Shown here piece by piece: positions 61,741 through 64,000 of a stretch of 64,000 nt of DNA (position 1 is its first letter; each line of letters starts with the position of its first letter). Source of the stretch: Macrostomum lignano (taxonomy: Eukaryota). The stretch covers positions 4,492 through 68,491 of the forward strand of contig NIVC01003943.1 of NCBI GenBank assembly GCA_002269645.1, read 5' to 3'. The position numbers and the translations under genes were made by a program. The notes below the pieces were generated by a model that was not told the origin of the DNA, did not search any database, and saw nothing but the letters and a program-made list of their open reading frames with translations.

Positions 61741-62265
61741 ATGACTCATCGCTTCTATCCCTAACCAGAGAAAGAAAGGCCAAGGTTTTGAATGTACATT
61801 CAAATGAACATCCCCACTTATCGGCAGAGTGGAAGCCCGCGCGACTCTGTCCAAATTTAGAAATGAGCTTGAAGGGTCGAAAATAGCACGATAAAAAGAC
61901 CATGCCTCTGCCCCACACATCTCTTACACTACACTCCTCCCCCCACACCACTGAACGCCACACAGCACTCCAATCGATATTGGCATGGCAGCGAGGGACA
62001 GCACAAGACTCTTACCCCTCCGTGCGCGCGCAAATAGCCGGGCGGCCTTTCTAATTCTAGCGCATTGCCTCATTCCCGCGAAAGGGTTAAAAATAGCCTA
62101 CACAACCACCCCCCACAGTCTGACTAACCTATATAGCCTCTGCCCGCGTGGGCCCGCGCCGATGAGTCATTCCGCTTTGCTAGTGCTTCTAGGTTGGGCC
62201 TCGCTTTCTCTAGCATTTTGCCTTCGAATAGCGAGCGATTACACTGTTTTTTATACACTGACTCA
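61741..62265 (+). promoter_or_regulatory. jun promoter: AP-1 sites, MEF2 site, TATA-like box
   Basis: ATGACTCAT 61741, TTAAAAATAG 62087, TGACTAA 62121, TATATAG 62130, ATGAGTCAT 62162, TGACTCA 62259. Confidence 0.6.
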
Positions 62266-62294
62266 GTGTGCTTGCCGTGAAATATTCTTTTAGC

Positions 62295-63445
62295 ATGTCT
62301 TCGGTGCAGGCCAAGCCAGCAGTGGCGCAGAGTTCCGCTACAATCACTGTCTCAACGGCGGGCGCTCCGCCACAGCCAGCCTCCGAAATTTGAAGGGCTC
62401 AATGACCCTGCCACTGCAGTCTTCCGTAAACGTTGGCAACAGCATAGCCCACATCCGGGGCTTAACTCCCTTGGCGCAGCTGAACTCGCCCGATTTAAAA
62501 AATTTGACCTCAACTGGAGTGACGCCGTTTCTCACGTCGCCCGACTTCGACAAGCTGGTCAGCCAAAGCCTCGGCATAACGCCGACCTCGGCCAGCGGAA
62601 ATGCGCCTCAGACGCCGACAACTTTCCTTAATCCGAAGTTCGTGACGGAGGAGCAAGAGCGTTTTGTGATGTAAGCGAATTTTGCCGTCTTGAATTTGTA
62701 CTGATTTTTTATTATTAAAGTTAAAATGCGCTCGTAGAAAGAATTTGATTCATTTCCTATCATTCTCGACCTCATTCGGTTTCAATTCGCAGGAACTTCG
62801 ATGAGAAGATCAAAAGCATGATCAAGAAGGAGCGCGAAGGTGACGACGAAAACCAGCTGAACACGCCAGTCATCATGGACATCTCCGGGCCCGGCTATGT
62901 CATATCCTCGGTGGCGACCTCGATGGACACATCCGGCCAAGCTGTTGTCACCGTTGGCCAGCAGACAGCATCGATGTTCTCCGCCGCTGCCGCTCCGATT
63001 CCGACCTCCATCGTCACCGTGTCCTCAGCCCTGTCTCGCCCTCAGCTCGCCACCTCAGCCGGCCTCCATTGCTGCGTCCACAATAGCCGGTGGCAGCTAC
63101 ACCACCGAGGACGACAGCGGCGAGGAGCCGATGGACGATGTTGTCAGCAGCGTCGGCTCGACGTCCAGACGGCTCGGCCTGGGCGACCAGGAGCAGCTGA
63201 AGCTCGAGCGGAAGCGTCAGCGAAACCGCGATGCGGCCAGGAAATGCCGCGAGCGCAAACTCGAACGAATCAGATTCCTCGAGGAGCGAGTCGCCGAGCT
63301 CAAGTCGCAGAATAGCCGGCTGCAGCGGACCGCCGTTGACCTACGCGAGCAGGTGAAAACCCTGCAGCACGTGATCGTGGAGCACACGAAGCGCGGCTGC
63401 AGCCTGAAGGACTCGCTGGGCTCCAAGCTGGGCGGGCTGGCTTAA
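62295..63445 (+). CDS. jun: Jun-family bZIP transcription factor, one intron (~62671-62792), two apparent frameshifts (~62300, ~63060)
   Basis: Delta/JNK-docking-like [15 protein letters not shown] and LTSPD phospho-sites, [18 protein letters not shown], b[49 protein letters not shown]...HTKRGC. Confidence 0.95.
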
Positions 63446-64000
63446 GCCCCTGAGTCCACCTGACTGCTTGCTGCATTTGGAATCCCCAATTCGCCACCCT
63501 CTGCTCCGCCCCAGTGGATGCAGTCATACAGATGCGGAGATTCTGAGCAAACTCCCATTTAGAGCTCTGCGCGCCACATCCAGCCACCCCATTTTGATGC
63601 TGTACAGTGCAACCTGCTTATATACAAAGTTATTAAAACTTCTTGAGCCTCTCAAACTGATCCTGCGGCTTTGATCTGTAATTAAGCTGCATCCAATACC
63701 GTCTATTTCAATACCTTAGCTGTGAGCACATGAAATGTGTTCGTATCAAAGGCATTGCAGATGGTTGCTATGCAGTAAAACAGAGTCAACAAGCCGCTCA
63801 TATTCTTGGCCACGAATCCTCCACTGAGCTGAACCTGCTTCCAAAGTCCTGTTTTTTATTGCTTTCCAGTTTGTCAATTTCTGATTTCGTTGATATTTAA
63901 TTAACTAATCCCATATTCGCGCCCGTGCATTGGTTGGTACTCTCGCTATGATGCTTGCTGACAGCATTCATAATTCAAGTTCTAGTTCATCGATCAAAAT

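Overview
Eukaryotic (animal) genomic DNA: GT-AG introns, GC-rich exons and very abundant minisatellites. The style suggests an invertebrate such as a free-living flatworm, but that is inference only. The main accessory element is at 1-~7200. It is the structural/packaging half of an endogenous Polinton/adintovirus-like dsDNA virus, running off the left edge. It encodes an A32/FtsK-type packaging ATPase, putative double-jelly-roll major capsid and penton proteins, GxG-motif core-like proteins, and a two-helix membrane protein with PSAP/LYPxI motifs, followed by subterminal repeats. Almost all of its broken ORFs rejoin if one base is restored. The same kind of lesion hits the host jun gene, so the virus may be intact and the breaks may be assembly errors. 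Other mobile DNA includes a piggyBac transposon (~16.1-18.3 kb), a near full-length APE-RT LINE with a PHD ORF1 (~22.5-27.7 kb), and an inverted, decayed RTE copy (~49.4-50.7 kb). Host genes are a secreted PAN/apple+LamG-like protein plus a decayed paralogue, a multi-exon CCDC60 whose introns mostly carry their own private minisatellites, an LDL-receptor-family gene, and jun with clustered AP-1 sites and a MEF2 site. All homology calls are from motif recognition, not database searches.
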